Below, in pieces: positions 19,918 through 30,043 of a stretch of DNA of 64,000 nucleotides. Position numbers and translations under genes: made by a program. Under the pieces are notes generated by a model that ran no database searches, was not told the origin of the DNA, and saw nothing but the letters and a program-made list of their open reading frames with translations. How positions within the stretch are numbered: the first letter of the stretch is position 1; each line of letters opens with the position of its first letter. The stretch comes from Terriglobia bacterium (GTDB lineage Bacteria; Acidobacteriota; Terriglobia; 2-12-FULL-54-10), in NCBI GenBank assembly GCA_963666975.2, contig CAXVYR010000003.1:960001-1024000 (forward strand), written 5' to 3'.

Positions 19918-21183
19918 TCAAGCGGGCATCGGAGACCGCGAAGGCAGCTTGCGGGTTGTCACGCGCGCGTGCAGATTGGCAACCCCGGCTGTGCGTCGCG
20001 AGTCGATCACGTGAAACGATAATACTCCGTCCAGCCAGTCATGGCTGGTTCCGTCGGGCGATTGGGTGGCAACCGTCAATGTGTACTCCTGCGGCGTCAG
20101 CCAGCAGGGAAACGCAAAACTCACCTCGCAAAATTCACCCGGCTGCCCCGGCCCCGGGGAAGCATCTTCCAGCTCTGTGTTGGTGCCGAAAACATCCATT
20201 CCGATTCGGGTGCGGATCATCATTCCTACCACCGGGCGAGGGTGATGGTCCCGGAAGTAAACCAGCACGCGAACCCGCATACTCTCTCCGGAATGAAACA
20301 CCTGGGTCGGCCGGTTGGTTTCATTTGAAAGCTCCACCTTCACTACGACCACCTGACGGTCCCCATGACGATAGGAATACTGCAAATTTTCCAGGGACTC
20401 CGCTGCCGGATCGGAGAGCATCGGCGGCGGAGTTGCCTGCGCGAAAGCCCTCTGCCGCTCCAGCACAAGACCATTGTAGCGATTCACGACATCGTCCGGG
20501 TCGCCTTCGGCCAGGATGTGCCCGTCCATAAGAAGGACCGCCCGGTCACAAAGCAGTTTCACCAGCCCTACGTCGTGGGTGACCAACAGCACGGTGACAC
20601 CCCGGCGTTTTAACTGCTCGAATGTCTGAATGCAACGGTTGACAAAGATGGCATCTCCTACCGCCAGCACTTCATCCACCACCAGAATCTCCGGATCCAC
20701 ATGAATGGCGGCGGCAAAGGCCAGACGCACGTACATCCCTGTAGAGTAGGTTTTCACGGGCCGGTTCATGAAGTCGCCGATCTCGGCGAAGCTCTCAATC
20801 CGGGAGAAATTCTGCTGGATCTCCTGCCGGGAGAGCCCCATAATTTCGCCGTTGAGAAAAACGTTCTCTCGCCCCGTAAATTCCGGGTTGAAGCCGGCCC
20901 CGAGCGAAAGCAGGGCCGCAATCCGGCCCCGTGTCAGCACGCGCCCCCGCGTCGGTTCCAGCATGCCGGTGACAATCTCCAGCAGCGTGCTCTTGCCGGA
21001 GCCGTTCGGCCCGATGATGCCCAGAACCCCGCCCCGTTCCACATTGAAGCTGATCCCTTCCAGTGCCCAGAACTCCTCGTGATAGGAGCGCCGTCCGAAG
21101 GTAAGAATTTCTTTCAGACGAGCAGCAGGAGCGGGATAGAGCCGGTACATCTTGGCAACATTACGCGCTTGAATGGCAAACAT
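19918..21183 (-). CDS. wzt: Polysaccharide ABC transporter ATPase with C-terminal Wzt_C domain
   Basis: Motifs GPNGSGKST, YSTGMYVRLAF and DEVLAVGD. C-terminal beta-sandwich. Confidence 0.92.
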   Translation of the reverse strand: MFAIQARNVAKMYRLYPAPAARLKEILTFGRRSYHEEFWALEGISFNVERGGVLGIIGPNGSGKSTLLEIVTGMLEPTRGRVLTRGRIAALLSLGAGFNPEFTGRENVFLNGEIMGLSRQEIQQNFSRIESFAEIGDFMNRPVKTYSTGMYVRLAFAAAIHVDPEILVVDEVLAVGDAIFVNRCIQTFEQLKRRGVTVLLVTHDVGLVKLLCDRAVLLMDGHILAEGDPDDVVNRYNGLVLERQRAFAQATPPPMLSDPAAESLENLQYSYRHGDRQVVVVKVELSNETNRPTQVFHSGESMRVRVLVYFRDHHPRPVVGMMIRTRIGMDVFGTNTELEDASPGPGQPGEFCEVSFAFPCWLTPQEYTLTVATQSPDGTSHDWLDGVLSFHVIDSRRTAGVANLHARVTTRKLPSRSPMPA

Positions 21184-22484
21184 CAGATCAAATCCGCAAA
21201 AGACTTCTTCACTTTGTAGAACCATGCATGCCCGCCAAAAAACGCCGCTACAGAAACAACCCACAGGGTGGCGAGAGGACCCCAGTCCGGCGGCGAGTTT
21301 TCGAGCATGATGGCGCGATAGGCTCCCACGATGGCGTACATCGGGTTCTTTTCAAACAGCCAGAGATAGGATTCCGGCAGTGCCGTCGCCGGATAACAGA
21401 TCGGCGTTATAAAAAACCACACCGTTAGCAAGAATCCCAGGATATGACCCGTATCCCTCAAAAAAACTCCCAGCGCCGCCAGAAACCAGCAGAGTCCCAC
21501 AGTCAGCAAAAACTGCGGAACGAGAACCAGCGGGAAGTAGGCCGCGGTCGCGGGGATTCCAGCTCCCAGCGCCACCAAGGCCACCAGAAAAAGTAACAGC
21601 CCGAAAAACTCCGTTACCAGACCCGCGAGCGTCAAGTTCAGAGGAAGAATCTCCAGAGGAAAGAGCACACGCTTGACAAAATTACCGTGATCCATCACGG
21701 TGGTGGCGGATCGCCCCACCGCCTCGCTGAAAGCCATCCACGGCAGCATGCCACAAAGAAAATAGAGAACAAATCCAGCAGAGCCCTGCTCGGCGCGAAA
21801 ACGGACCCGCAAAACGACAGAAAACACAAAGTAGTAGGCCAGCATCAGCAGCAGCGGATGGAGAATGGTCCAAAGAGCGCCGCCGAACGAACCCCGGTAG
21901 CGACCCAGAACGTCTCGCCGCACCATTGAAAAAATGAGAGAGCGGCGATGCGTCAGGGTGCGCAAGGGATACCAAAACGCCCGCAACAGCGACCGCAGGA
22001 TACGGCGCGCCCGCATGCGGGCGCGAGTAGTGCGCTGAACACGCTGCACGGTGACATTCTCCGGGCTGGAGGCGACTTCCAAAAACACAAACTCCGAACC
22101 GCACTCGTAAAACCAGCCGACCTGCTCCTCTACTGGAGAGATCACAACATGGTACCGGCCTTCCTCGGGAGGCAACTGAATCTCCGCCGTTGCCTCGCAT
22201 TTTTCTCCCGGCTTACAGTCGCCTCCCAGGCTGGCTCGGGCGCCGTCTATCAGCAGCAGCCCGGTCTGGGCATCGAAGACGTGATAGCCGAGATGAACCG
22301 GGCCCGCCTCGACTGCTCTCCCATCATCCGAGCCGTTTTCCCGCGACACCGCCCGCTCTGTCCAAACCATTCTGCTGGAGTTTTCAATCGTGCAATGCAC
22401 ATAGATCCGGCAAGGCCCATCGGTCCGGACCTGAGTTCGGAGAAACCGAGCGCGGTATGAACGGGTAGATTTTGCCGACGGCAT
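21183..22484 (-). CDS. wzm: Polysaccharide ABC transporter permease with extra N-terminal beta-rich domain
   Basis: Motifs RYRGSFGGALW, GMLPWMAFSE, FFITPICYP and KKSFADLI. About 170-aa N-terminal extension. Confidence 0.9.
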   Translation of the reverse strand: MPSAKSTRSYRARFLRTQVRTDGPCRIYVHCTIENSSRMVWTERAVSRENGSDDGRAVEAGPVHLGYHVFDAQTGLLLIDGARASLGGDCKPGEKCEATAEIQLPPEEGRYHVVISPVEEQVGWFYECGSEFVFLEVASSPENVTVQRVQRTTRARMRARRILRSLLRAFWYPLRTLTHRRSLIFSMVRRDVLGRYRGSFGGALWTILHPLLLMLAYYFVFSVVLRVRFRAEQGSAGFVLYFLCGMLPWMAFSEAVGRSATTVMDHGNFVKRVLFPLEILPLNLTLAGLVTEFFGLLLFLVALVALGAGIPATAAYFPLVLVPQFLLTVGLCWFLAALGVFLRDTGHILGFLLTVWFFITPICYPATALPESYLWLFEKNPMYAIVGAYRAIMLENSPPDWGPLATLWVVSVAAFFGGHAWFYKVKKSFADLI

Positions 22485-22598
22485 TGTGTTGATTACTCTC
22501 TCCAGCACTCTATCGGGACGCGTGTCGTATTGTGCAAAGCGAGCATCGCTCCGCTTCTTGCATGCTTCCTCGCACGTTGCGAATTATTCCATAAGCAG

Positions 22599-24668
22599 CT
22601 ACGGAGAATAGTATAGCTCTCTGGGCCACCGTTCCCGGACCTGGCCGACCTTCCGTCCCACGCAGTAAATGATCTCTCCCCGCAGCGCCGGCGAGAATTG
22701 ATCTGCCTCCAGCAATTTTCCGGCGCATTCGGAAATGGGTTCCTCATTGCCGTAGTCGCCGGTTTCCAACAAAGTTACTTTGAAACCGGCTGCATCCATA
22801 AGCAAAGCGACTTCGCGTGGCGCATATTCTCTGCTGTGCCGGGGGTCCGCCCTGCCTTCTTCGTCCGGCTTGATGTACGCGTGGAACAGCCCCGGGTGGT
22901 AACCGTGCAGGACGGCGCGAACACTGCGCAAACTGGTTACGTTCGGCGTGCTGAGCACCAGATGCCCTCCGGGCGCGAGAATGCGGTTGATTTCCCCCAT
23001 CATGTGCATGGGGTCGGCTGCCAGGTGTTCGAGCAACTCGCAGCACAAGACAGTATGGAAATAGCCGTCCGCATACGGAAACCGATCCCGCTCCACATCA
23101 AACAGGTCAACGGGACAAGTAAACACCTCTCCGCCCGGGGCTGTTGCAGCCCGGTAATCAGTTCTTCCCGCCGGGCCATAATATGCGCCCCTGACTTCCC
23201 CGTACTTCAAATACTTTCGGAGTGCCGGAGTCAAATGCAAATAGCAGCCCAATTCCAACACCCGGCCTTCGGCATGGCCGGCAGGAGTAATCTCAACTGT
23301 ATGCGCCAAGCGATTGCGGTGCAGGAGCACATATTCTTCCATCATCGGAGATGCATGAGAAAACCCGACAATGTATTCCTCCAGTTCTTCCTTGGAAACA
23401 TCAGTGCGGCAAGGCTCCTCTCCAGTAACTCCGGAGACTTGCTGTGGCTCCGAGTTCCTCCTGGCGGGTTCACTGGCGGCACACTGCTTGAGAAATTCAA
23501 CATACTCTGCCGCCACTTTCGGCCATGCACATTCTTGCGCCGCGTACGCTGAGGCACGCTCTCCAATCGCTCGGGCCAGGACGGGTTCCCCCAAAAGAAG
23601 CCGCATGTACTCAAAAAGCCAGTCGATTTCCCTTTCTCCCACCGGAATCTTCACGGCGACATCGTCGGGAAGCTCAACGAACGTCCCAATCTCGGAAACT
23701 AATGCAGGCTTGCCCAGCGCCATCACCCGCAAAAAACTGCCGGAAGTTTCGCCGGCAGTCGGTCCGCGCAGGTTGACGCAGATATCACAGGCCGCCATGC
23801 AGTCCACAAAAGTTTCCAGCGCAACATAGCCCAGGATATGGACGGCGTCCTCAATCTCCAATTCCGCAATCAAGGGCCGCAGTGGATATTGCGGGTGCTC
23901 TTCACCCACCAGCACCAGCTTGGCTTTGGGGTACAACTTGTGGAGACGCGCAAATGCCCGCAGCACTTGGTGGATTCTCTTGTAGGGCTTCAAAAAACCG
24001 AAGACGCCCAGGACCGGCGTGCCATTGTCCAAGGGAAGCCCGGCGAGTTGCGCCAGGCGGCGGCGCGCTTTTCCTGTATCCACAGCGGATATTTCGACCC
24101 CGTGCTGGATTTTACGGAGAGGGAGAGGGAACCCATTTCCCTGTACCTGGCGCACCACATAATCACTGTGGACAATTGCTCCCCGGCTTTGTTCCAGCAA
24201 CCGGCGGTTCATGGCGATATTGTCATAGTCGGGTTCTTGCAAGCCTTCCCTGACACTTTGCGCCCGTTCCAGGGCAGCAAGGCCGGCATTGTATTCGACT
24301 TCCCGGAAGTATCCCTCCCAATCCTGACGGGCGATCGTGACATTAGCCAGCAGGTGGTGCAGATTGAATTCATGGAGCACCAGCACGCCAGGTATCCGCA
24401 ACGCCAAATTGTAGATATAGACGTGGTAGGGGTTGTTTCCGATGTGATAGAGCACTACGTCATAGCGCCCGGCGCGATACTCCGGCTCAAATTCCCGGTA
24501 ATGCCGAACCCGCAGCCGGTCGCAGAGCAGCGGGTTGGAAGGCTCGTAATCCTCGATGAAAACGTCCACCCGGTCCACTTGCGCTGCTAAGTGCGGCAAA
24601 AGGGCTTCACAGTAATCTGAGATGCCGGACGGTTTCGGATTCAGGGACGAGAAAAACGCAATGCGCAT
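22599..24668 (-). CDS. GT4 glycosyltransferase fused to SAM methyltransferase
   Basis: GT4 motifs SGISDY, YHIGNNPYH and GETSG. MTase motifs VLELGC, ELLEHL and LSTPN. Confidence 0.88.
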   Translation of the reverse strand: MRIAFFSSLNPKPSGISDYCEALLPHLAAQVDRVDVFIEDYEPSNPLLCDRLRVRHYREFEPEYRAGRYDVVLYHIGNNPYHVYIYNLALRIPGVLVLHEFNLHHLLANVTIARQDWEGYFREVEYNAGLAALERAQSVREGLQEPDYDNIAMNRRLLEQSRGAIVHSDYVVRQVQGNGFPLPLRKIQHGVEISAVDTGKARRRLAQLAGLPLDNGTPVLGVFGFLKPYKRIHQVLRAFARLHKLYPKAKLVLVGEEHPQYPLRPLIAELEIEDAVHILGYVALETFVDCMAACDICVNLRGPTAGETSGSFLRVMALGKPALVSEIGTFVELPDDVAVKIPVGEREIDWLFEYMRLLLGEPVLARAIGERASAYAAQECAWPKVAAEYVEFLKQCAASEPARRNSEPQQVSGVTGEEPCRTDVSKEELEEYIVGFSHASPMMEEYVLLHRNRLAHTVEITPAGHAEGRVLELGCYLHLTPALRKYLKYGEVRGAYYGPAGRTDYRAATAPGGEVFTCPVDLFDVERDRFPYADGYFHTVLCCELLEHLAADPMHMMGEINRILAPGGHLVLSTPNVTSLRSVRAVLHGYHPGLFHAYIKPDEEGRADPRHSREYAPREVALLMDAAGFKVTLLETGDYGNEEPISECAGKLLEADQFSPALRGEIIYCVGRKVGQVRERWPRELYYSP

Positions 24669-24766
24669 GGTCGAAGAGAAGGTTCGGATGGAGAATTCCA
24701 GGCGGTTGTCCGGTTTCCGTTATTGTTTGTAGCACACAGGTCGCAGGAATCAGGGATTTGCGTTGC

Positions 24767-25495
24767 TCACTCCATCTCGGCGGAAAATACCGCCAGAGGA
24801 AACGCGACCCGGACCCGCACAGGTTTGGGAGTCGCATCGGTCGAAATCCACAGTTCAACGGTTCGCTCCGAATTGGGCCCCCTGTATGTCACCATATACT
24901 TTTCCGCAGGCCACTGCCGCCCGCCCGCCTTCACTGTTTCGGGCCCCGCCGCTTCAATCTGCAAGCTGAAGTTAGCCCCCAAATGGAATGTTCCCGAGTC
25001 TAAGGTCTTGCCCAAAGCGAGCTGGTTGCGAAAATAATAAAGAACCGCCAACGGGTCTCGGGCGCACTCCGGGATGGACGCTGAGGTTGTTTGATCTCCC
25101 CTCGTTCGCCGCGCCAGGTGCGCCGTCTGGTCAAATTCTATCGACTCGTCTAACGTCTTCGATCCCCTGCGGGTATTTCCCCGAAATTGGAGGGAACAGA
25201 GGCCATCCTTCGTGGCGACGGAGGAGGAAGAGCGGCTGATGTTGTACTGAGGCAAGCCAGCTTCTACCGTAAGCTGAAAATGCAGCTCCTCTCCCGAGAA
25301 AGAGCCGTGCAAGACAGCTTCGCCCAGTGTCGCCCCGCTCGGCCAAAGAAGCCTGTACGTCAAGCTCTCTTCCTCGTCAAACAGCGAAAAAGGCGCTTCG
25401 CCTTCTTCCGCTGCAGCAGCAGCGCCGGACATTCCTGCGACCGCGCAGCCCAACAACAAGACGGCTCCCCATAAATATTTATTAAGCCAAATCAA
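24767..25495 (-). CDS. DUF3108-like secreted protein
   Basis: Signal peptide. E.LTY...W, DPLAVLYY.R, V.AG and ELWISTD...PV pattern. Confidence 0.7.
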   Translation of the reverse strand: MIWLNKYLWGAVLLLGCAVAGMSGAAAAAEEGEAPFSLFDEEESLTYRLLWPSGATLGEAVLHGSFSGEELHFQLTVEAGLPQYNISRSSSSVATKDGLCSLQFRGNTRRGSKTLDESIEFDQTAHLARRTRGDQTTSASIPECARDPLAVLYYFRNQLALGKTLDSGTFHLGANFSLQIEAAGPETVKAGGRQWPAEKYMVTYRGPNSERTVELWISTDATPKPVRVRVAFPLAVFSAEME

Positions 25496-27486
25496 TACCG
25501 ATTCTCCGAATTTACAAGCTGGCGCTCAGGCTCCCTGACAGCGCTTGCCGCCGGGTGCGCAGCGGTGACGCTTTGATTGCAAACCGTGTGCAAACCCTGC
25601 GCCGCCAGCCGCTGGCAGAAATCCCAATCCGCCCACTGCCCCGCCGCATCCGGATATTCCCTGAAAAATCCCACCTGCTGAAAGACACTGCGCCGGAGGA
25701 GCACACAGACCCAGGGAAGCGCATCGACTTCCAGCCATTCCGGCTGGGAGTGCCAGCAGACACCGTTGTCGGAGTTCCATTGCGCGGTGCCTTCTTTCCC
25801 AATCAGCAGACCCCGGATCAAAGCACCCCCATCGGGGCTGACAACCTGCGGTCCTACCTGGGCCGTACCCTCATCAAAGGTCTCCAGCAGCCGGTCAAGC
25901 CAATCAGGAAGGAGCATTCTGCATTCGCTGTCCATCAAACAAATAAAATCCGCCTGGCTGCTTCGAATCGCTGTATTGATCCGCTCCAGTTGACCGGGAC
26001 CTTTCGGAATCGGAACCATGCGTATCCGGCCAGTCCGCCCAATGAAATTCGATTGCTGGAAAAAAAACCGGGTAGATTGTTCCGAACCAAGATACAAGAG
26101 GTCCACGTGCTGTTTTGTCTTCGGGAAGCGAGTGGCGCGACCTATCTGTTTCGAAAGATAAGCTCGCAATCGCGTGCGCAACAAAAGTTCAGCCCCTGAC
26201 AGCAGCCGAAGCGAAAAGAATCCAAGATGCAAGAGCCGAAGAGGCATCCATCTTCCCGCCGTCCCAGCGACAATTTGGAACGATAAACGATCCCGCAGCC
26301 GCCACAGGAAGTGCTGGTAAAGCGTCCGCACGTCGCGAGCAGGAAACCCATCCGCTTGCTCATTGTATATCTGCCGCCGCGAAAGCGGCAGCAGCCATGC
26401 CAGCAGCTTCATCCGGCGATACGGCTCATTCGTACAGGGAATAATCCAACACTGGAAATCTCCGTACGCTCTGCCGAGTTTCCAGGTTTGGAGAAAAGCA
26501 GAAAGGACACCCGGCCTAAGGATTGTGAACGAATCGAACAGGCTACTTGCAGGTTCCAGTAAAGCAGGGGGCAAAAGACCATGCAGTTTCGCCTCCGGAA
26601 AGCGGTTGCGCAGTACGGGAACGATCTGCTTCAAATAGAAAGCCGAGGCGGAGCCCACCACGCCCACCGGTAATATCCGTCGGAGCAATTCCTGATTGTT
26701 GCGCTTCCTCCAGCGCCAGTGGCGAATTAGCAACCGCAGATTGCGCCCATGAAAAGCGTCGATCTGTTCGTTATAGATTTCCACGTTCCAAAGCGGAAGC
26801 CACCATGCCAGCCACTTCAGGCCGGTAAATTTTTCATTCGTGGCGGCCAGGACTACTCTCTGAAAGCGTCCCTTGCCGACACATTGCGGCAACAACCGGA
26901 GGTAAGCAAATGGCACGGGCTGGTTCAGCAGTACGAACGAATCAAATAATTCAGCCAATTCAGCCGGAGCGATGCTGGTCACAGGCGGAAGCACTCCGTG
27001 AACACGGGCTTCCGGAAAACGGCGGCGCACGCTGGCAACAATCGAGCGCAGGCGTGACGGAGACGCCGATCCCATGACGCAGACAGGCCCCTTTGCAGCC
27101 AGAAGCCGCTTGATCCAAACCCACAGCAATCTGCCCGGACCGCACGAGACGCGAGTGCCGTTTTCCGCAGAAAAAGTCACCTTGCCCCGCAGCGTCAGCG
27201 CCAAGAATTTCAAAAATCGAAAACGCTGCCGGGAAGTCAAGCAAATGATTTCCGCATGGGGGGAAAGCCCCAGGAACTTCAGCAGACGCAACCACAAAAC
27301 CGGGGCGGAACGCGCCTGATAAAAGAGCGTCTGTTCGGGCCGTAGCGAAGCAAACTCACCCAGTTGCCCGGCGAAGCCGGCACCCAAAACCACTCGCAGC
27401 GAAGCGCCGTTCTTGTTGAGGCCTAATCGCTTCAGGTCAGCGGAGACCTCAGCCAGCGTGCCTGTGGCAAAGTAGACAACTTTCAT
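25492..27486 (-). CDS. Repeat-domain protein with C-terminal partial GT2-like domain
   Basis: Internal repeats containing GSAS...R.RFPEA..HG.LPP. C-terminal ADFICLMDS, WLDRLL, VGP and DWDFCQRL. Confidence 0.75.
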   Translation of the reverse strand: MKVVYFATGTLAEVSADLKRLGLNKNGASLRVVLGAGFAGQLGEFASLRPEQTLFYQARSAPVLWLRLLKFLGLSPHAEIICLTSRQRFRFLKFLALTLRGKVTFSAENGTRVSCGPGRLLWVWIKRLLAAKGPVCVMGSASPSRLRSIVASVRRRFPEARVHGVLPPVTSIAPAELAELFDSFVLLNQPVPFAYLRLLPQCVGKGRFQRVVLAATNEKFTGLKWLAWWLPLWNVEIYNEQIDAFHGRNLRLLIRHWRWRKRNNQELLRRILPVGVVGSASAFYLKQIVPVLRNRFPEAKLHGLLPPALLEPASSLFDSFTILRPGVLSAFLQTWKLGRAYGDFQCWIIPCTNEPYRRMKLLAWLLPLSRRQIYNEQADGFPARDVRTLYQHFLWRLRDRLSFQIVAGTAGRWMPLRLLHLGFFSLRLLSGAELLLRTRLRAYLSKQIGRATRFPKTKQHVDLLYLGSEQSTRFFFQQSNFIGRTGRIRMVPIPKGPGQLERINTAIRSSQADFICLMDSECRMLLPDWLDRLLETFDEGTAQVGPQVVSPDGGALIRGLLIGKEGTAQWNSDNGVCWHSQPEWLEVDALPWVCVLLRRSVFQQVGFFREYPDAAGQWADWDFCQRLAAQGLHTVCNQSVTAAHPAASAVREPERQLVNSENRY

Positions 27487-27528
27487 ATTGCTTGCCCCGG
27501 AAATTGAGAACCTCTACTTTATAACACT

Positions 27529-28722
27529 CTAGGAGGGTTGGCGGCAGCCCTCTAAAAATTGAAGATACCGCGACTGGATTCGCGGGCCTATTCTTTGCAA
27601 GCTAAAGGCGTTTTCCACTACAATCCGCGCCGACTCCCGTATGCGGCCCCAATATCCATCGTCGCGAAGCAGGCGGACAACGGCCGCCGCCGATTCGGCA
27701 GGAGTGTCGCGAATTACTACGTGGTGGTCCGGAAGCAGCCCAAGCCCCAGCGGAGCAAACGAATTGCAAACCACCGGCACGCCAGCCGCCATCGCTTCAA
27801 TGATCTTGGTGCGAATCCCTCCTCCGCTGTTTATGGGAGCGACATAGACACGGCTTTGCTGATAGACATCCCGCAGGTCCTCCACATAACCGCGATAATC
27901 CACGTCATGGTCATGCAACAGACCCTTGATGAAATTTGAAGCTCCTTCTCCAACGACCACCAACCTGACTTCCGGCTCCTGGTTGCGGATCAGGGGCAAC
28001 TCCTCGCGCACGAAATAAGAAAGCGCTTCCTCGTTGGGTGTATGCGGCAGAAACCCTACAAAGAGTATCTGCGGCTGCTGAGGAGGAGCGACAGCCGGAC
28101 GGAACTGCTCGCAATCCATCAACATAAAAGGCAGCGCTTCGGCCCTCGCTCTCGGCGCCAGCTCCAGCGCGCGGCGGCGCTCCTCCTCGGAAGTAACCAA
28201 GACCCAGTCGAAGCTTTCGAGCGTCCGCCGATTGTGCCGCACGGAGTCCAGGGACCAGAACAGGTGCCCCAGACGCGTGCGCCATCCTTGCGTGCGCTGC
28301 CAGTTCAGATAGTAGTGCCACCACTCCTGGACGTGGGCGCGAACGATCCGGGGACAGCGGGCCTTGGCGGCATAATCCGCCATTCCCAGGTACTCCGCCT
28401 GCACCAAGTCCGGGCGCTCCTCTTCCAGGATACGGTCTACCTCCCGGTGCATGTCATCACTTTCGAGATTTGAAAATAAAAACGGGGTCCCGGAAAATGC
28501 ATCCAACCGGCGCGCGGGAGGCGTCTTAAAGAGCACTGCTTTCCGGCACAGTGCGTTGAGGCCGGTTTGCGCCTGGCGCAGGAACCGTTCCGGGCAAAAA
28601 CCGACATAGAAAATGTCAAAAACCTCGCGCAAAGCTCGTATATAGCCATAGATAGTGCTCCCCGCCCCGTGATGCACGGGGTAAGGCGTTACGGGCGAGA
28701 TGATGAGGATGCGAGGTTTCAT
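27529..28722 (-). CDS. GT4 glycosyltransferase
   Basis: Motifs PYP..HG, FVG..HTPN and GGGIRTKIIEAMAAG. Confidence 0.9.
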   Translation of the reverse strand: MKPRILIISPVTPYPVHHGAGSTIYGYIRALREVFDIFYVGFCPERFLRQAQTGLNALCRKAVLFKTPPARRLDAFSGTPFLFSNLESDDMHREVDRILEEERPDLVQAEYLGMADYAAKARCPRIVRAHVQEWWHYYLNWQRTQGWRTRLGHLFWSLDSVRHNRRTLESFDWVLVTSEEERRRALELAPRARAEALPFMLMDCEQFRPAVAPPQQPQILFVGFLPHTPNEEALSYFVREELPLIRNQEPEVRLVVVGEGASNFIKGLLHDHDVDYRGYVEDLRDVYQQSRVYVAPINSGGGIRTKIIEAMAAGVPVVCNSFAPLGLGLLPDHHVVIRDTPAESAAAVVRLLRDDGYWGRIRESARIVVENAFSLQRIGPRIQSRYLQFLEGCRQPS

Positions 28723-28734
28723 TCTGTTACTTGA

Positions 28735-28956
28735 TTAGCTCAATTCAATAAATTCATTCACGCTCAGAGCAGCCTGTTTAATGATGGCTCGCAAGGTTCC
28801 CCTGTCCAATTCTTTATGGTCCGGGACGACCACTTGAGCAAAGGGATTGTCGCGACGCAGAACCATATGGCTGCCTTCCTGCCGCTTGAGGTAAAAGCCT
28901 GCTTTTCGTAACGCTGTAGCACACTCGCGGCCAGAAATCCTCGGCAGTTTGCTCAT
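28735..28956 (-). CDS. hicA: HicA family toxin
   Basis: 73 aa, RQEGSH...VVPDHKELDRGTLRAI. ATGA overlap with hicB. Confidence 0.9.
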   Translation of the reverse strand: MSKLPRISGRECATALRKAGFYLKRQEGSHMVLRRDNPFAQVVVPDHKELDRGTLRAIIKQAALSVNEFIELS

Positions 28957-29159
28957 ACAGCCACTATCAACGTTTCGAAACGCTCTTCTGGAACAGGAAG
29001 GTTGTCTTCTTCTAATGCCGCAATGTATCCTCGAAGCGCCTCTTTGATGTTGGCAATGGCCTCTTCCTTGGTCTTTCCTTGACTGATACAACCCGGCAGG
29101 CTGGGACACTCAACCACCCAGTATCCATCCTCTCCAGGGTAAAGAACTACTTGTCTCAT
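28953..29159 (-). CDS. hicB: HicB family antitoxin (short)
   Basis: 68 aa, CPSLPGCISQGKTKEEAIANIKEA. Confidence 0.9.
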   Translation of the reverse strand: MRQVVLYPGEDGYWVVECPSLPGCISQGKTKEEAIANIKEALRGYIAALEEDNLPVPEERFETLIVAV

Positions 29160-29173
29160 CTTGCCACCTTTAT

Positions 29174-30043
29174 TCAGGCCACCGGCATCGTCTGGCGAAG
29201 TTGAAAATATTCTTCGAGCGCCTCTTTCCAGTGCGGCAGCGGGGCGAGCCCCATCTGCTCCAACCGCTGGCTGCCAAGAACAGAATTAGTCGGACGTTTC
29301 GCGGCTCGGCCTGCCGTCACCGAATCAATGGGTATAACCTCAACGTCATTTGGAAGCTTTCCTACAATCGAGCGCGCAAACTCATGCCAACTGCACCGCC
29401 CGCTTCCTGCGACATTCAGGATGCCGGTTGCAGAAGTCCCGGCCAGCTCGGCAATCTTCTGTGCCAAGTGCGCCGTCCATGTGGGACATCCAACTTGATC
29501 GGCCACCACTTCGAGCTTCGGGCGGGACCCTGCGGCGGCTACGATCTTCTCTACAAAGTTAGCGCCGTTGATCCCGTAAAGCCACGAGGTGCGAATGGAA
29601 AGGTGCTTTGGGGTTCTCGTTCCCCTGCCCTGTTCCAGAGTTCTCTGTTCTCCCTCCAGCTTGCTGCGGCCATATATGTTGACCGGGTTCGTCGGGTCCT
29701 GTTCGTTATAGGGACTTTTTTTTGTGCCGTCAAACACGTAATCCGTGCTGATGTAAAAGACGCGAGCGCCCACCTGATCAGCGGCGCGTATGACATTCGC
29801 TGCGCCTTGCGCGTTCACCGCAAAGGCCAGCTTGGAATCCCGCTCACATCCGTCCACATCCGTGTAGGCAGCGCAATGGACCACCCATTCCGGCTGCCAA
29901 TCTCGAAACAAGCGGCTGACCTCTTCCTCGGCTGTGACATCGCAGGCCGAACGGTCTAGCGGCAAAACTTCGTGGTCCAGATGTAAGGCGGGCACCAAGT
30001 CCTTGCCCAACATTCCGCCCGCTCCTGTGATCAAGACGCGCAT
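29174..30043 (-). CDS. rfbD: dTDP-4-dehydrorhamnose reductase
   Basis: Motifs GAGGMLG, AAYTDVDGCE, ISTDYVFDG and YGRSK. Confidence 0.93.
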   Translation of the reverse strand: MRVLITGAGGMLGKDLVPALHLDHEVLPLDRSACDVTAEEEVSRLFRDWQPEWVVHCAAYTDVDGCERDSKLAFAVNAQGAANVIRAADQVGARVFYISTDYVFDGTKKSPYNEQDPTNPVNIYGRSKLEGEQRTLEQGRGTRTPKHLSIRTSWLYGINGANFVEKIVAAAGSRPKLEVVADQVGCPTWTAHLAQKIAELAGTSATGILNVAGSGRCSWHEFARSIVGKLPNDVEVIPIDSVTAGRAAKRPTNSVLGSQRLEQMGLAPLPHWKEALEEYFQLRQTMPVA

